Below are positions 1-10,155 of a stretch of 64,000 bases of DNA, piece after piece (position 1 is the stretch's first letter; every line of letters starts with the position of its first letter). This stretch comes from Desulfatiglandales bacterium. GTDB lineage: Bacteria; Desulfobacterota; DSM-4660; Desulfatiglandales; Desulfatiglandaceae. Both the position numbers and the translations under genes were made by a program. The DNA lies in assembly GCA_963666345.1 (NCBI GenBank), contig OY762721.1, positions 3,744,001 through 3,808,000 of the forward strand, read 5' to 3'. Under the pieces are notes generated by a model that searched no databases, was not told where the DNA came from, and saw nothing but the letters and a program-made list of their open reading frames with translations.

Positions 1-2
1 TG

Positions 3-980
3 CCATGGTCTGTAATGGTGCATTTGAGGGCCCCCGATTTCTGGAATTATTTTTTCTGGACCGAACACATACATCGTTTTTTTTCCTCCGGCGCACAGCA
101 TGCGTCCCCTTTCTGGTATTTCATACCGGTAATCCTGGCAGGGGCCCTGCCATGGATCTTTCTGCTGCCGTCCGCCCTTGCAGGAGTGAAGAAAAGGGGA
201 ACCGATCCGATTATGCGTTTTGCCCTTTGCTGGCTTCTGCTTCCATTTATTTTTTTCTCGGCTTCAAGCGGAAAACTCGGCACCTATATATTGCCCTGTT
301 ATCCGCCCCTTGCCATTGTTATGGCAATGGGATTGATTTCATACCTTGAAGATCCCGGAGGAAAACTCTTCAGGGGCTCTATCGCAATTTTCATCCTCAT
401 GCTCGGTATTGCAGCGGCAGGCCTTGGAGTAATGGAGATGCCGGGCCTGTTTGACCGGCCCCCATATAACGAGGCTGAAACATGGAAGTGGATTTTATTG
501 ATTATGGGGTTGTTTTTGTGGATTACATTCCTTCTTCTGGTCCTAAAGACCTCGAAAACTGGAAAAAAAATCGTCCTGTTCAGTGCGGCCCCTCTGATTT
601 TTATGGCAATCGCACAAGTGAGCCTGCCCGGTAGCTACGAAGAAAAAAAGGCCCCCGGCAGATTCCTTCTTGAGCACGCAGACAGGATAGGCCCTGATAC
701 CCTTATTGTGACCAATGATATTGAAAGGGCCGTGTGCTGGTATTACAAACGAAATGATGTCTACGTGCTAGGAGGGGCGGGGGAGCTGACCTATGGCATG
801 AAAAAATCAGGATCAAGGCTTCTGGATATGGAGGGCCTGGCGGATCTTATCTCCGAGTCCGGACCGAAAAGGCATGTGGCCCTTATTATCAAAAGCGACC
901 TGTACAAGATATGCAGGCAAAAGCTCCCGAAACCTATGTTTGAAGATATTCAAGCGCGTTTTGCATTTGCACAGTTCTGA
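3..980 (+). CDS. arnT: ArnT/PMT-family lipid A 4-amino-4-deoxy-L-arabinose transferase-like glycosyltransferase, 5'-truncated by window edge
   Basis: Frame open from base 3 (PWSVMVHLRAPDFWNYFFWTEHIHRF...PFWYFIP...SGKLGTYILP); multi-TM; C-terminal GELTYG resembles ArnT_C. Confidence 0.75.
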   Translation, partial: PWSVMVHLRAPDFWNYFFWTEHIHRFFSSGAQHASPFWYFIPVILAGALPWIFLLPSALAGVKKRGTDPIMRFALCWLLLPFIFFSASSGKLGTYILPCYPPLAIVMAMGLISYLEDPGGKLFRGSIAIFILMLGIAAAGLGVMEMPGLFDRPPYNEAETWKWILLIMGLFLWITFLLLVLKTSKTGKKIVLFSAAPLIFMAIAQVSLPGSYEEKKAPGRFLLEHADRIGPDTLIVTNDIERAVCWYYKRNDVYVLGGAGELTYGMKKSGSRLLDMEGLADLISESGPKRHVALIIKSDLYKICRQKLPKPMFEDIQARFAFAQF

Positions 981-1001
981 TAACATATTTCCAGAGATTC
1001 T

Positions 1002-2042
1002 GTGATGAGCCTGTTTTCCGGAAAACTCAAGGTCCTTTTCGGTATCTGCCTGGGGGCCGCCTTTCTTTTAATTGCCTTTTACGGCCTGGACTGGGTGCAA
1101 TTAAGACATGCCTTCGGGCGTGTCCACTGGCGGATGTTTGTCGCTGCAGTGGCAGTGGTATTTTTGAGCCATCTGATTCGTGCCCTTCGCTGGAAATATC
1201 TTCTCAATGCCGTTAAGCCCATTCCTCTGAATCAACTGTTCTCAGCCCTTCTTATAGGTTATTTCGTCAACGGCCTTCTGCCCGCGCATCTGGGGGAAAT
1301 AGCCAGGGCGGGGGTTGCGGCAGGAAAGGGGGGCGTCAGGACCTCCACGGTGCTTGGAACGATCCTGCTTGAACGAATTATCGACGCTCTCTCACTCTTC
1401 GGTCTGATCGTGACGGCCATGCTGCTCAGTCCTTTACCCGACTGGGTCGAGAAAAGCGGTTATGTCATATTCATTAGCGGGATCTGCATGCTGGTCAGTC
1501 TCGTAGTAATAAAGTCCTTTCCTTTGCTCCGCGGAAAAATTTTGGCGTTGCTTCTCAAACCTCTTCCCGGTTCTTTTTCAGCCCGGACAGAACATGCGAT
1601 ATCAGGTTTTTGCCTTGGTATCCGCAACCTGAAGAGGAGAAGAGACTGGCTTATTGTACTGCTCCAGACTTGCCTCATATGGATCTGTTATTGGGCGGTG
1701 ATGCTTATCGGCTTCCATACGCTTGAAATGGACCGCCTTTTCACCCTGGGCGGAGTGGCCGCCTTGGTTTGCCTGGTAACTTCCACTATAGGCGTGGCAG
1801 TGCCGTCAAGCCCCGGATATGTGGGCACCTACCATCTGCTGTGTCAGATTTCGCTTATTTATTTCGGAGTTCCAAGGGAGGAAGGTCTGGCCTACGGCAT
1901 TGTGGTTCACGCGATAAATTTCTTGCCAGTAACGGCAGTCGGCTTTATGTTGACGCTTAAAGAAGGTCTGTGGCGATTCACCAAGAAGACCGGCTACGGC
2001 TCAAAATCGATGATCGTAGGGACGCAGTATAAAGATGATTAA
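1002..2042 (+). CDS. Lysylphosphatidylglycerol synthase TM-region / flippase-like membrane protein (UPF0104)
   Basis: IRALRWKYLL, LPAHLGEIARA, ERIID, PSSPGYVGTYH motifs; about 8 TM segments. Confidence 0.8.
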   Translation: MMSLFSGKLKVLFGICLGAAFLLIAFYGLDWVQLRHAFGRVHWRMFVAAVAVVFLSHLIRALRWKYLLNAVKPIPLNQLFSALLIGYFVNGLLPAHLGEIARAGVAAGKGGVRTSTVLGTILLERIIDALSLFGLIVTAMLLSPLPDWVEKSGYVIFISGICMLVSLVVIKSFPLLRGKILALLLKPLPGSFSARTEHAISGFCLGIRNLKRRRDWLIVLLQTCLIWICYWAVMLIGFHTLEMDRLFTLGGVAALVCLVTSTIGVAVPSSPGYVGTYHLLCQISLIYFGVPREEGLAYGIVVHAINFLPVTAVGFMLTLKEGLWRFTKKTGYGSKSMIVGTQYKDD

Positions 2043-2048
2043 AGGACG

Positions 2049-3497
2049 TTACTTTCGCCAGTATTCAGGGGTCATAAGGACTATTACCGTGTAGATCTCG
2101 AGCCTGCCTAAAAGCATGCAGAACAGGAGCACCCACTTGCCGATAAAGGGTATGGACTGGTAGTTTTTGACAGGGCCCACGATTCCAAGGCCGGGGCCTA
2201 TGTTTCCGATTGAGGCTGCAACCGAGGATATGGCCGAGACAAGGTCGAGACCCAGCGCCGCCATTATAATGGCGGCGGCAATGAACAGCCCCATATAGAG
2301 TATGAAAAATCCCCAGATACTGCTCATGACGTCCTGCGGGACCGCCTTTCCACCCAGTTTTACCGGTGTCACCGCGTGCGGGTGAACGATCCTGAATATC
2401 TCCCTGAACCCATGTTTCAGGAGCAGCATAACGCGCATAGTCTTTATGCCCCCTCCGGTGGATCCTGCCATGGCCCCGAGGAACATGCACATGAGAAGAA
2501 TGAATTTGGAAAAAGAGGGCCAGACATCATAGTCGGCCGTCACAAAACCGGTGGTGGTTATTATGGAACTGACCTGAAAAGCGGCATATCGAAAGGCCTT
2601 TCCCAGGGAATCATAGACCGGTCCGTAGATGTCGAAGGTGATGACAAGGACAAACAGGGCTACTATAACAAAGAAGACCTTTAATTCCGCGTCCCTGCCG
2701 AATTTCCTGAAATCTCCCTTAAGAAGCCTGTAATGGAGTGAAAAATTGATTCCCGCGGCAAGCATGAAAAGGATTACCACCCAATCATAGTATTGATTGT
2801 TGAACTGGGCCATGCTGGCGTTTTTTGTAGAGAAACCGCCGGTAGGCAGCGTGCAGAAGCTGTGGCATATGGAATCAAAGACGCTCATCCCCCCGAATTT
2901 CAGCAGCAGTATCTCAAGGACCGTGATTAAGACGTAGACCTTCCAGAGGCTTTTGGCGGTCTCGGATATCCTCGGTTTGAGCTTGTCGACAACAGGGCTG
3001 GGGATCTCCGCCTTGTAAAGCTGCATGCCGCCCACTCCCAGGTATGGGAGGATCGCTATGGACAGTACGATTATACCCATGCCACCAAGCCACTGGGTCT
3101 GGCTTCGCCAGAACAGGATACCTTCAGGAAGCCTTTCTATGTCGTTTAATATGGAGGCCCCTGTGGTGGTAAAGCCTGATACCGATTCAAAATAGGCATT
3201 GGTGAAATCAGGAATCGAGCCGGATAACAGGTAGGGGAGGGTGCCGAACAGGGCAGCCATGACCCAGCCCAGGGTCACGATAGCCACACCGTCTCGGTGA
3301 TTCATCTGGGTGCTGTTTTTTCCCCATGAGCAGATAAAGAGCATAAGGCCGAAAAGGGTCGTTACGGTCAATGACCATAGAACGGGAAAGGTGCTTCCAT
3401 CCCTGTAGATTACGCTGACCAGCAGTGGGGCCGCCATGGAGATGCCGAGAAATATGAGCAGGATTGCTGTAAATCGGGCAATAACCTTGTAGTGCAT
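2049..3497 (-). CDS. trkH: Trk potassium uptake membrane subunit TrkH
   Basis: FESVSGFTTTGASI, QWLGGMGII, TTTGF, GSTGGGIK, MLLGRLEI motifs. Confidence 0.95.
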   Translation of the reverse strand: MHYKVIARFTAILLIFLGISMAAPLLVSVIYRDGSTFPVLWSLTVTTLFGLMLFICSWGKNSTQMNHRDGVAIVTLGWVMAALFGTLPYLLSGSIPDFTNAYFESVSGFTTTGASILNDIERLPEGILFWRSQTQWLGGMGIIVLSIAILPYLGVGGMQLYKAEIPSPVVDKLKPRISETAKSLWKVYVLITVLEILLLKFGGMSVFDSICHSFCTLPTGGFSTKNASMAQFNNQYYDWVVILFMLAAGINFSLHYRLLKGDFRKFGRDAELKVFFVIVALFVLVITFDIYGPVYDSLGKAFRYAAFQVSSIITTTGFVTADYDVWPSFSKFILLMCMFLGAMAGSTGGGIKTMRVMLLLKHGFREIFRIVHPHAVTPVKLGGKAVPQDVMSSIWGFFILYMGLFIAAAIIMAALGLDLVSAISSVAASIGNIGPGLGIVGPVKNYQSIPFIGKWVLLFCMLLGRLEIYTVIVLMTPEYWRK

Positions 3498-4855
3498 TAA
3501 AAATACTCCAGCTTTACCGTGAGCAGCTTCTCCAGCCTCGGCAGCACCTTTCTGGCGGCAAATATTATAAGCCTGTCATTCGGCCTTACTATACTGTCGC
3601 CCTTCGGGATGATTATTTCATCCCCCCGGACGATCGCCCCGAGGATCGCACCTTTGGGAAATTTTACCTTGTGGAGCGGTATATTTACAATGTCTGACGT
3701 CTCAAGGGCTTCGGCCTCTATAGCCTCTGCGTACTCTCCTTTCAGAGGCGCCACCGAGATGACCTTTCCCTTTCTTATATACTGAAGGATGGCCCTTATG
3801 GCGGAGAGCCTGGGACTCAGAACGGTGTCTATGCCGATAGTTGAGAGAAACGGGATATAGCTGAGTTTGCTTACGCGGGTTATGGTCCTTTTTACCCCCA
3901 GCCCCTTTCCGAGAAGTGAGATCAGGATGTTGCTTTCCTCGTCTCCCGTCACGACGACAAGAAAATCCGTCCCCTGGATGTTTTCCTCCTGGAGCAGTTC
4001 CTTGTCGGTTCCGTCTCCCTCAATCACAACCACCCGTTCCAGTGTCTCGGCAAGCTTTGAGCAGTTGTCGGTGTCCTTATCGATTATTTTCGCATTTATC
4101 CTGGTCTTGTCCAGGGCTGCGGCGAGTGCCGAGCCGGTCTGTCCCGCGCCGATTATTATGACCCTTCTCAGTGTCTCTTCATGCGGGCAGAAGATCTTTG
4201 TCACCTGGTCAAGCCCGTCACTTCTTACCACCACATAGACCAGATCGTCGGTCTGAATCGTGTCCTCACCGCTGGGGATTATTACCTGGCCTTCCCTGAC
4301 GATAGCCCCTATGAGAGGCTTCTCCTCAAGTTCTTTCAGGGAGAGGAGGTCACTTCCGGCAAAAGGGGAGTCCTTGCAGATATTAAACCCTATGAGTTTT
4401 ACCCTGCCGTCGGCGAAATTTATAACCTCGCTTGCCCCAGGCACCTCCATGAGATCCAATACCAGATCGACCATTTCCGACTGGGGATTTATGATGTGGT
4501 CAACGCCAAGGAGTTCCTTGTCAAAGAGGTCTTTTTCCGCCAGGTATTCCCAGTTTCTTATACGCGCGACCTTGATCATGTAATGGTTGAGATGGCGGGC
4601 CAGCAGGCAGGCGATAAGATTCACCTCGTCGCTGTCTGTGGCGGCAACCAGCATGTCCGCCTCTTTTATGCCTGAGTCCTTTAAAACATTGGGACTGGTG
4701 CCCGATCCCAGAAATGCCTGCACATCCAGGTGATCATTGATGCGCCTTATCTTTTGAGGATCCTTGTCGATAAGGACGACATCCTGATTTTCCTCGGATA
4801 ACCTTTGAGCGATGTGAAAACCGACCTCACCGGCGCCGACTATTATTATTTTCAC
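3497..4855 (-). CDS. trkA: Trk potassium uptake NAD-binding subunit TrkA
   Basis: Two RCK Rossmann motifs (IIVGAGEVG, IIGAGQTG); overlaps trkH start. Confidence 0.95.
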   Translation of the reverse strand: MKIIIVGAGEVGFHIAQRLSEENQDVVLIDKDPQKIRRINDHLDVQAFLGSGTSPNVLKDSGIKEADMLVAATDSDEVNLIACLLARHLNHYMIKVARIRNWEYLAEKDLFDKELLGVDHIINPQSEMVDLVLDLMEVPGASEVINFADGRVKLIGFNICKDSPFAGSDLLSLKELEEKPLIGAIVREGQVIIPSGEDTIQTDDLVYVVVRSDGLDQVTKIFCPHEETLRRVIIIGAGQTGSALAAALDKTRINAKIIDKDTDNCSKLAETLERVVVIEGDGTDKELLQEENIQGTDFLVVVTGDEESNILISLLGKGLGVKRTITRVSKLSYIPFLSTIGIDTVLSPRLSAIRAILQYIRKGKVISVAPLKGEYAEAIEAEALETSDIVNIPLHKVKFPKGAILGAIVRGDEIIIPKGDSIVRPNDRLIIFAARKVLPRLEKLLTVKLEYF

Positions 4856-5198
4856 GGGCCTTCTCCTTAAAATGAGCTTTTCGGTTGGAATATTTAATGG
4901 AGGTAGAGAAAAAAGTCAATGTTTATGCTTTCCATGGGGACGATGAGACGGATGCGAAACCGTTTTCAAATAGATATTTCAAGATGGGGGTATCATGGGC
5001 TTTGGCCCAAATACAGCGTCTATTTAGATATCTGAATGAAAATCAGTGGATTTGGGATAATTGCCTGTATATCAAGCGCCCTAGTTACCTGTGGACAATG
5101 CATCCCCACGATGCTATAAAATCACGTTTAAACATCTTAGTTACAACTGCAGGTGCTTCAATAAAATATCCGGATATAAAAGGAAAAACCGACGATAT

Positions 5199-6221
5199 AT
5201 GGCAGATACAATAAATGAACAAGATGAGAAGACCCTATTCAAAGAATATGTGGACCGATTTCCTGAAGCAGGCGTCCTTGTCGTAGGCGATATCATAGTG
5301 GACGAATATGTGTGGGGAGACGTATCAAGGATTTCTCCTGAGGCGCCCGTTCCCGTCGTGGATGTCCGCCGTGAGACAAGGATGTGCGGAGGCGCGGCAA
5401 ACGTCATCTACAATCTGGCAAGTATGGGGGCAAGTCCTGTCCTGTGCGGGGTTGTGGGAGAAGACGCGGACGGTAATTATCTCCTTAACAAGATAAGGGA
5501 ACTGGGCCTTACCACAAAGGGGATAATATGCGAAAAAGGAAGGCCCACGAGCATAAAGACAAGGATCGTGGCGCATAATCAGCAGGTGGTCAGGTTTGAC
5601 AGGGAAAGCAGAAACAGGATAGCCCCTGAAACCACCGAAGGCATCCTTTCGGTCATCAGGGACCGGCTTGATCATATTGATGCGATAATAGTGTCCGACT
5701 ATGGCAAAGGGGTTATTTCAACCCCGCTGATGAGAGGGCTGAGAGAACTTATGAAAGAGGCATCTGATCTGCCTGTCATAATAACGGTTGATCCCAAGAC
5801 CGGTAATTTCGAACATTATAAGGGTGTCGATGCCATTACCCCGAATCATCATGAAGCAGGGAAATACTGCGGTTTTGAGATCGTGGATCATGAAAGCCTC
5901 GTGCGGGCGGGCAATCAGATGCTTGAGGAACTGGAATGCCGCTCCGTGCTGATAACTCAGGGAAGTGAAGGTATGACGCTTTTTGAAAGAGGCATGGACC
6001 CTGTGCATATCCCCACCATGGCAAAAAAGGTGTTTGACGTGACCGGCGCGGGTGATACCGTGATAGGGACTCTTTCTCTGGGGCTTGCATCCGGGCTTGA
6101 TCTCAAGTCTTCGGCAATCCTTGCAAACCTTGCCGCCGGGATAGTGGTGGGAGAAGTGGGAACATCCGTTGTCAGGGCGGATCAGCTCAAAACGGCGGTA
6201 AACGGGACCAGGGTTCCATGA
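5199..6221 (+). CDS. rfaE1: D-glycero-beta-D-manno-heptose-7-phosphate kinase (RfaE domain I / HldA)
   Basis: VSRISPEAPVPVV, GGAANV, SDYGKG, DVTGAGDT; start placed at ATG 5199. Confidence 0.92.
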   Translation: MADTINEQDEKTLFKEYVDRFPEAGVLVVGDIIVDEYVWGDVSRISPEAPVPVVDVRRETRMCGGAANVIYNLASMGASPVLCGVVGEDADGNYLLNKIRELGLTTKGIICEKGRPTSIKTRIVAHNQQVVRFDRESRNRIAPETTEGILSVIRDRLDHIDAIIVSDYGKGVISTPLMRGLRELMKEASDLPVIITVDPKTGNFEHYKGVDAITPNHHEAGKYCGFEIVDHESLVRAGNQMLEELECRSVLITQGSEGMTLFERGMDPVHIPTMAKKVFDVTGAGDTVIGTLSLGLASGLDLKSSAILANLAAGIVVGEVGTSVVRADQLKTAVNGTRVP

Positions 6222-6255
6222 TCGAGTGCCAACCTGAAAAGAAGAGGAAGGATAC

Positions 6256-6825
6256 ATGAGCCGACCAGACGAACCGGTCCCCGTCAAGCTTGTATCGAGT
6301 ATTTTCGGACCTGAGGCATCATTGGTCGACAAGGTCTGCCGGCGGCTTTCAGAGGTCTTTTCGCCTGTGGAAAGCAAGAGCGAGATGCTCTTTTTTGACA
6401 GGACAAGGTACTATGAGAGGGAAATGGGGTGGCCGCTTTACAGGCGATTCGTTTCATTCCGTGACCTTGTCCCCCCTGAAAGGCTTGTCGATATAAAGCT
6501 TGAGACCAACAGCCTGGAAAAACGATACATGGAAAAGGGAAGCCGCGGCGTCAATATAGACCCGGGATATATATCGGCTGAAAGGCTTATCCTTGCCACA
6601 GGCAAAAACTATATCCACAGGGTCTATCTTTCAAAAGGGATTTTCGCGGATCTGACCCTGATCTTTCAAAAGGGCAGCTTTGTGCCTCTGAAATGGACCT
6701 ATCCTGATTATGCTGATAAGGAAATTATTGCGTTTTTTAACGATATCAGGGACAGGTACATGAATCAGGTTCGTGAACTGCGCATGGTAACCGACCTGGA
6801 TGAGGCGATCGGACCTGCCGGGTGA
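6256..6825 (+). CDS. DUF4416 family protein
   Basis: YYEREMG, VNIDPGY, LILATGKNYIHRVYL, WTYPDY motifs. Confidence 0.8.
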   Translation: MSRPDEPVPVKLVSSIFGPEASLVDKVCRRLSEVFSPVESKSEMLFFDRTRYYEREMGWPLYRRFVSFRDLVPPERLVDIKLETNSLEKRYMEKGSRGVNIDPGYISAERLILATGKNYIHRVYLSKGIFADLTLIFQKGSFVPLKWTYPDYADKEIIAFFNDIRDRYMNQVRELRMVTDLDEAIGPAG

Positions 6826-6900
6826 ATGAGCGGCATTTTAGGTTGCAAGGCAATCTGTTGTTTGTTGATATGTGAGTTTACCCTGCTGATGGATAATATA

Positions 6901-6940
6901 AAGGATTCAAGGGTTGAAGGGGTCGAGGATCCAGGTGTTG
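6901..6940. repeat. Degenerate 8-bp tandem repeat (AAGGATTC-like x5)
   Basis: aaggattc aagggttg aaggggtc gaggatcc aggtgttg; related arrays near 30417 and 56010. Confidence 0.6.
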
Positions 6941-6946
6941 GAGCCG

Positions 6947-7465
6947 TTTTCCTCTTTTCTCGCGTTTCATGTCTTTCTGGCCGATGCATAAGGCCTCCGG
7001 CACCGTCACTCTTTTTCCGGCCTTCTCTATCCCTTACGGAAAAGTGACCTCATCCCCTGGCTTTTGCGAGTGTCGCCTTAGCTGATAGGGCATCCGGGAA
7101 GAAAAGCCCGGTCTGCGGTCACTGGAAACGCCTGTGGTATTTTTTTGTGAGATAAGGCCGGAAAAAAAGCCCCGGCACCTGCGCTCGTTCGTAAGGCAAG
7201 CAGGAATATGGGAAGACGGTCAAAGGCCTTTTCCTCTTTTCTCGCGTTTCATGTCTTTCTGGCCGATGCATAAGGCCTCCGGCACCGTCACTCTTTTTCC
7301 GTCCTTCTCTATCTCTAACGGAAAAGTGACCTCAGCCCCGGGCTTTTGCGAGTGTCGCCTTAGCTGATAGGGCATCCGGGAAGAAAAGCCCGGTCTGCGG
7401 CCACTGGAAACGCCTGTGGTATTTTTTTGTGAGATAAGGCCGGAAAAAGAGCCTCTGCACCTGCG
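6947..7465. repeat. Tandem duplication (282-bp period) of a structured intergenic repeat
   Basis: Copy 1 starts 6947, copy 2 starts 7229, near-identical; internal inverted repeats CTTTTTCCGGCCTT / AAGGCCGGAAAAA. Confidence 0.9.
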
Positions 7466-7542
7466 TCTGTGCGCCGGCAAACAGGGGTATAAGAATCGGC
7501 AGGGGGTATAACAGACTGCCTGATGAAGGGAGATATGATAAT

Positions 7543-8424
7543 TTGATCAAAAGCATGACCGCCTACGGAAGGGCTGAGCTGAAACATGGAGACAATCTGT
7601 ATGTGGCCGAAATAAAAGGGGTAAACAACAGGTACTGTGATGTGGTATTGAGGATCCCGCGCAAGTTTCAACAGCTGGAAAAGGACCTGAAAGGCCTTAT
7701 TTCTTCCCGCATCAGAAGGGGCCGTATCGAAACGACCATTCAGACGGCAAACGGAAGCGGCGAGGCCCCATACAGCCTGGAGCTCAACCTGCCGCTCGCC
7801 GATGCCTATTTAAAGATATTCAGGCAGCTGGCCGATCATTTCGGGATCGATGAAAAGATCAATATTGACACACTGCTGCAGCTCAAGGACCTGCTTCTGT
7901 TCAAACCTGAAGAAGTGGATCTGGAAGAAGAAAGGCCCTGTCTCATGGAGGTCCTTGACAAGGCACTCGATTCATTCGAAGAGATGAGGGCACTGGAGGG
8001 TGCTGAAATAGAAAAGGATTTCATAAGAAGACTGGGGCTTGTTGAGCAGTATCTCGGGGAGATCCATAAACGGGCGCCTCAGGTCGTGGAGGAATACTCC
8101 ATAAGACTTAAGGAAAATATTAATAAAATGACTCAAGATATAGAAATAAATGAAGAAAAAATATATCAAGAAGTGGCTTTTTTTGCCGAGAGATCCGATA
8201 TAACCGAGGAGATCGTACGAATAAGAAGTCATCTCAAACAGTTCGGTTCTTTTCTCCAGGTAGATGACGCGATGGGAAGGAGGCTCGATTTTCTTCTCCA
8301 GGAGTTCAACAGGGAAGTCAATACGATCGGTTCAAAGGGCTCCGACGCCCTGATCTCCAAGTATGTGGTGGAGATGAAGGCGGAGCTGGAAAAAATCAGG
8401 GAACAGGTACAGAATGTGGAATGA
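7543..8424 (+). CDS. yicC: YicC/YloC family endoribonuclease
   Basis: SMTAYGR N-terminus, DITEEIVR, GRRLDFLLQEFNREVNTIGSK, REQVQNVE. Confidence 0.95.
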   Translation: MIKSMTAYGRAELKHGDNLYVAEIKGVNNRYCDVVLRIPRKFQQLEKDLKGLISSRIRRGRIETTIQTANGSGEAPYSLELNLPLADAYLKIFRQLADHFGIDEKINIDTLLQLKDLLLFKPEEVDLEEERPCLMEVLDKALDSFEEMRALEGAEIEKDFIRRLGLVEQYLGEIHKRAPQVVEEYSIRLKENINKMTQDIEINEEKIYQEVAFFAERSDITEEIVRIRSHLKQFGSFLQVDDAMGRRLDFLLQEFNREVNTIGSKGSDALISKYVVEMKAELEKIREQVQNVE

Positions 8425-8437
8425 AAGGAGATATTAA

Positions 8438-8710
8438 ATGAGTCCAAGTCTTGTAAGCATCGGCTTCGGCAACTCGATCGTGTCCAAGCGTGTCATAGCC
8501 ATTATTTCACCAAATGCAGCTCCCATAAGGAGACTCCGGGACGAGGCCAGGGAAGAAAAGCGGCTGATAGACGCAACTCAGGGAAGGCGCACCCGGTCCG
8601 TCATAATAACCGACAGCAATCATGTCATACTTTCAGCCATTCAATCCGAGACCATTGCCCAGAGGTTCAGTCCTAACTGCACTATTACAAAGGAAGATCT
8701 GGAACTGTAG
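8438..8710 (+). CDS. remA: DUF370 / RemA-NGN family regulatory protein
   Basis: [33 protein letters not shown]; conserved yicC-remA-gmk order. Confidence 0.88.
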   Translation: MSPSLVSIGFGNSIVSKRVIAIISPNAAPIRRLRDEAREEKRLIDATQGRRTRSVIITDSNHVILSAIQSETIAQRFSPNCTITKEDLEL

Positions 8711-8712
8711 AT

Positions 8713-9321
8713 ATGAAAGGCAGGCTTTTTGTGATTTCGGCTCCTTCCGGAGCCGGAAAATCAACGGTAATAGGGGCCTTAAGAAAGCGGGCCTTAAATC
8801 TGGGCTATTCGGTATCCCATACAAGCAGGAGGCCGAGGGGGTCGGAGTCTGAAGGGAAGGAGTACCATTTCGTGGATCGGGAGACCTTTGAGCGGATGGC
8901 CTCTCAAGGTGAATTCGTGGAATGGGCAAGGGTCTATGACGATCTGTACGGCACTTCCTTTTCAGCCCTTGACGAACAGATGGAAAGCGGGGTTGATATG
9001 CTGCTGGATATCGATCCTCAGGGGGCGAAAAACATAAAGAGTAATTACGTGGATAGTGTCCTCATATTCCTTCTGCCTCCATCCCTTGAAATCCTGGAAA
9101 GGCGTCTCAAAGGAAGGGGTACGGATGCGGAAGAGGTAATCGAGAGAAGAATGAAAAAGGCCTCGGATTCCATAAGGGATTGTCTCTGGTACGATTATCT
9201 CGTCATCAATGATGAGCTTGAAAAGGCGGTAAAGGAAATCAGCTCCATCATAATCTCCGAAAGATGCAGATCCGGCCATAGACGCGACAAAATAAAAAGG
9301 CTTTTTCCTCTCCTGTTTTAA
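8713..9321 (+). CDS. gmk: Guanylate kinase
   Basis: SAPSGAGKST P-loop, SHTSRRPR, YGTS, IFLLPPS. Confidence 0.96.
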   Translation: MKGRLFVISAPSGAGKSTVIGALRKRALNLGYSVSHTSRRPRGSESEGKEYHFVDRETFERMASQGEFVEWARVYDDLYGTSFSALDEQMESGVDMLLDIDPQGAKNIKSNYVDSVLIFLLPPSLEILERRLKGRGTDAEEVIERRMKKASDSIRDCLWYDYLVINDELEKAVKEISSIIISERCRSGHRRDKIKRLFPLLF

Positions 9322-9352
9322 CCTGAAAACATCCTTTCCGGGAGGTCTTAAA

Positions 9353-10102
9353 ATCGAAAGATCAGATGATCAGGTCGTACCCGGTTTTCACGGGGTCATC
9401 GAGTGCTTGGATAAGATCCCTTCAAGGGTCAGGGAGATCTGGATCGCCCGGGACAAGAGATCTGAAAGGGCGGGCCGGCTGGTTCGGCTGTGCAAGGAAA
9501 GAGACGTCTCCGTCAGGTTCAGGAGTAGCGCCGAGATAAAGAGGCTGTTCCCTGACATATCTCATCAGGGCTACATCGCCCTTGTGGACAGTTTCAGGTA
9601 CAGGGAGCTGGATGAGATCGCTCAGGCAGGGATTCAGGAAGGCAATGCTCTTATAATAGCGCTTGACCATATCACCGACGAAGGCAATCTGGCTTCGATC
9701 ATACGCACGGCTGCCTTTTTCGGGGCTCAGGGTCTGGTAATTCCGAAAGACCGTTCCGCAGGTGTCAGTCCAAGAGTGGCAAAACGCTCCGCCGGCGCTT
9801 CGGTATGGCTCCCCATCGCCAGGGTTGTGAATCTCGGAAGGGCACTGGATATATTGGATAAGAGAGATTTCTGGATAGTCGGAACCGGAGGCGAGAGCCC
9901 TGAAACCATACATGGGTTTGACTGGCGTCGAAATCTGGTGCTGGTACTTGGAAATGAAGAAAAGGGGCTTACAAAGGGGATCAGAAAGCGCTGTCATAAG
10001 GTCCTGTCCATTCCGGGCCGGGGAGGTCTTGATTCCTTAAATGTGGGTGTTGCCGCCGGTGTGGTCCTTTCCGAGATAGCGAGACAGAGAAAACCGGCAT
10101 GA
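9353..10102 (+). CDS. rlmB: 23S rRNA (guanosine-2'-O)-methyltransferase RlmB (TrmH/SPOUT family); start uncertain
   Basis: HQG, LDHITDEGNLASIIRTA, GNEEKGL, DSLNVGVAAG; frame extends upstream of TTG 9407 to ATC 9353 behind GGAGGT. Confidence 0.85.
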   Translation: MERSDDQVVPGFHGVIECLDKIPSRVREIWIARDKRSERAGRLVRLCKERDVSVRFRSSAEIKRLFPDISHQGYIALVDSFRYRELDEIAQAGIQEGNALIIALDHITDEGNLASIIRTAAFFGAQGLVIPKDRSAGVSPRVAKRSAGASVWLPIARVVNLGRALDILDKRDFWIVGTGGESPETIHGFDWRRNLVLVLGNEEKGLTKGIRKRCHKVLSIPGRGGLDSLNVGVAAGVVLSEIARQRKPA

Positions 10103-10155
10103 CCCGTTAATGCCGGGGCAGGGATGAGATTGAGCCGTGGTTATAAAGAAATGAT

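Noticed and set aside
6826..7671. Several 70-100-aa ORFs
   Set aside because: They lie inside the intergenic repeat and their frames are not preserved between copies.
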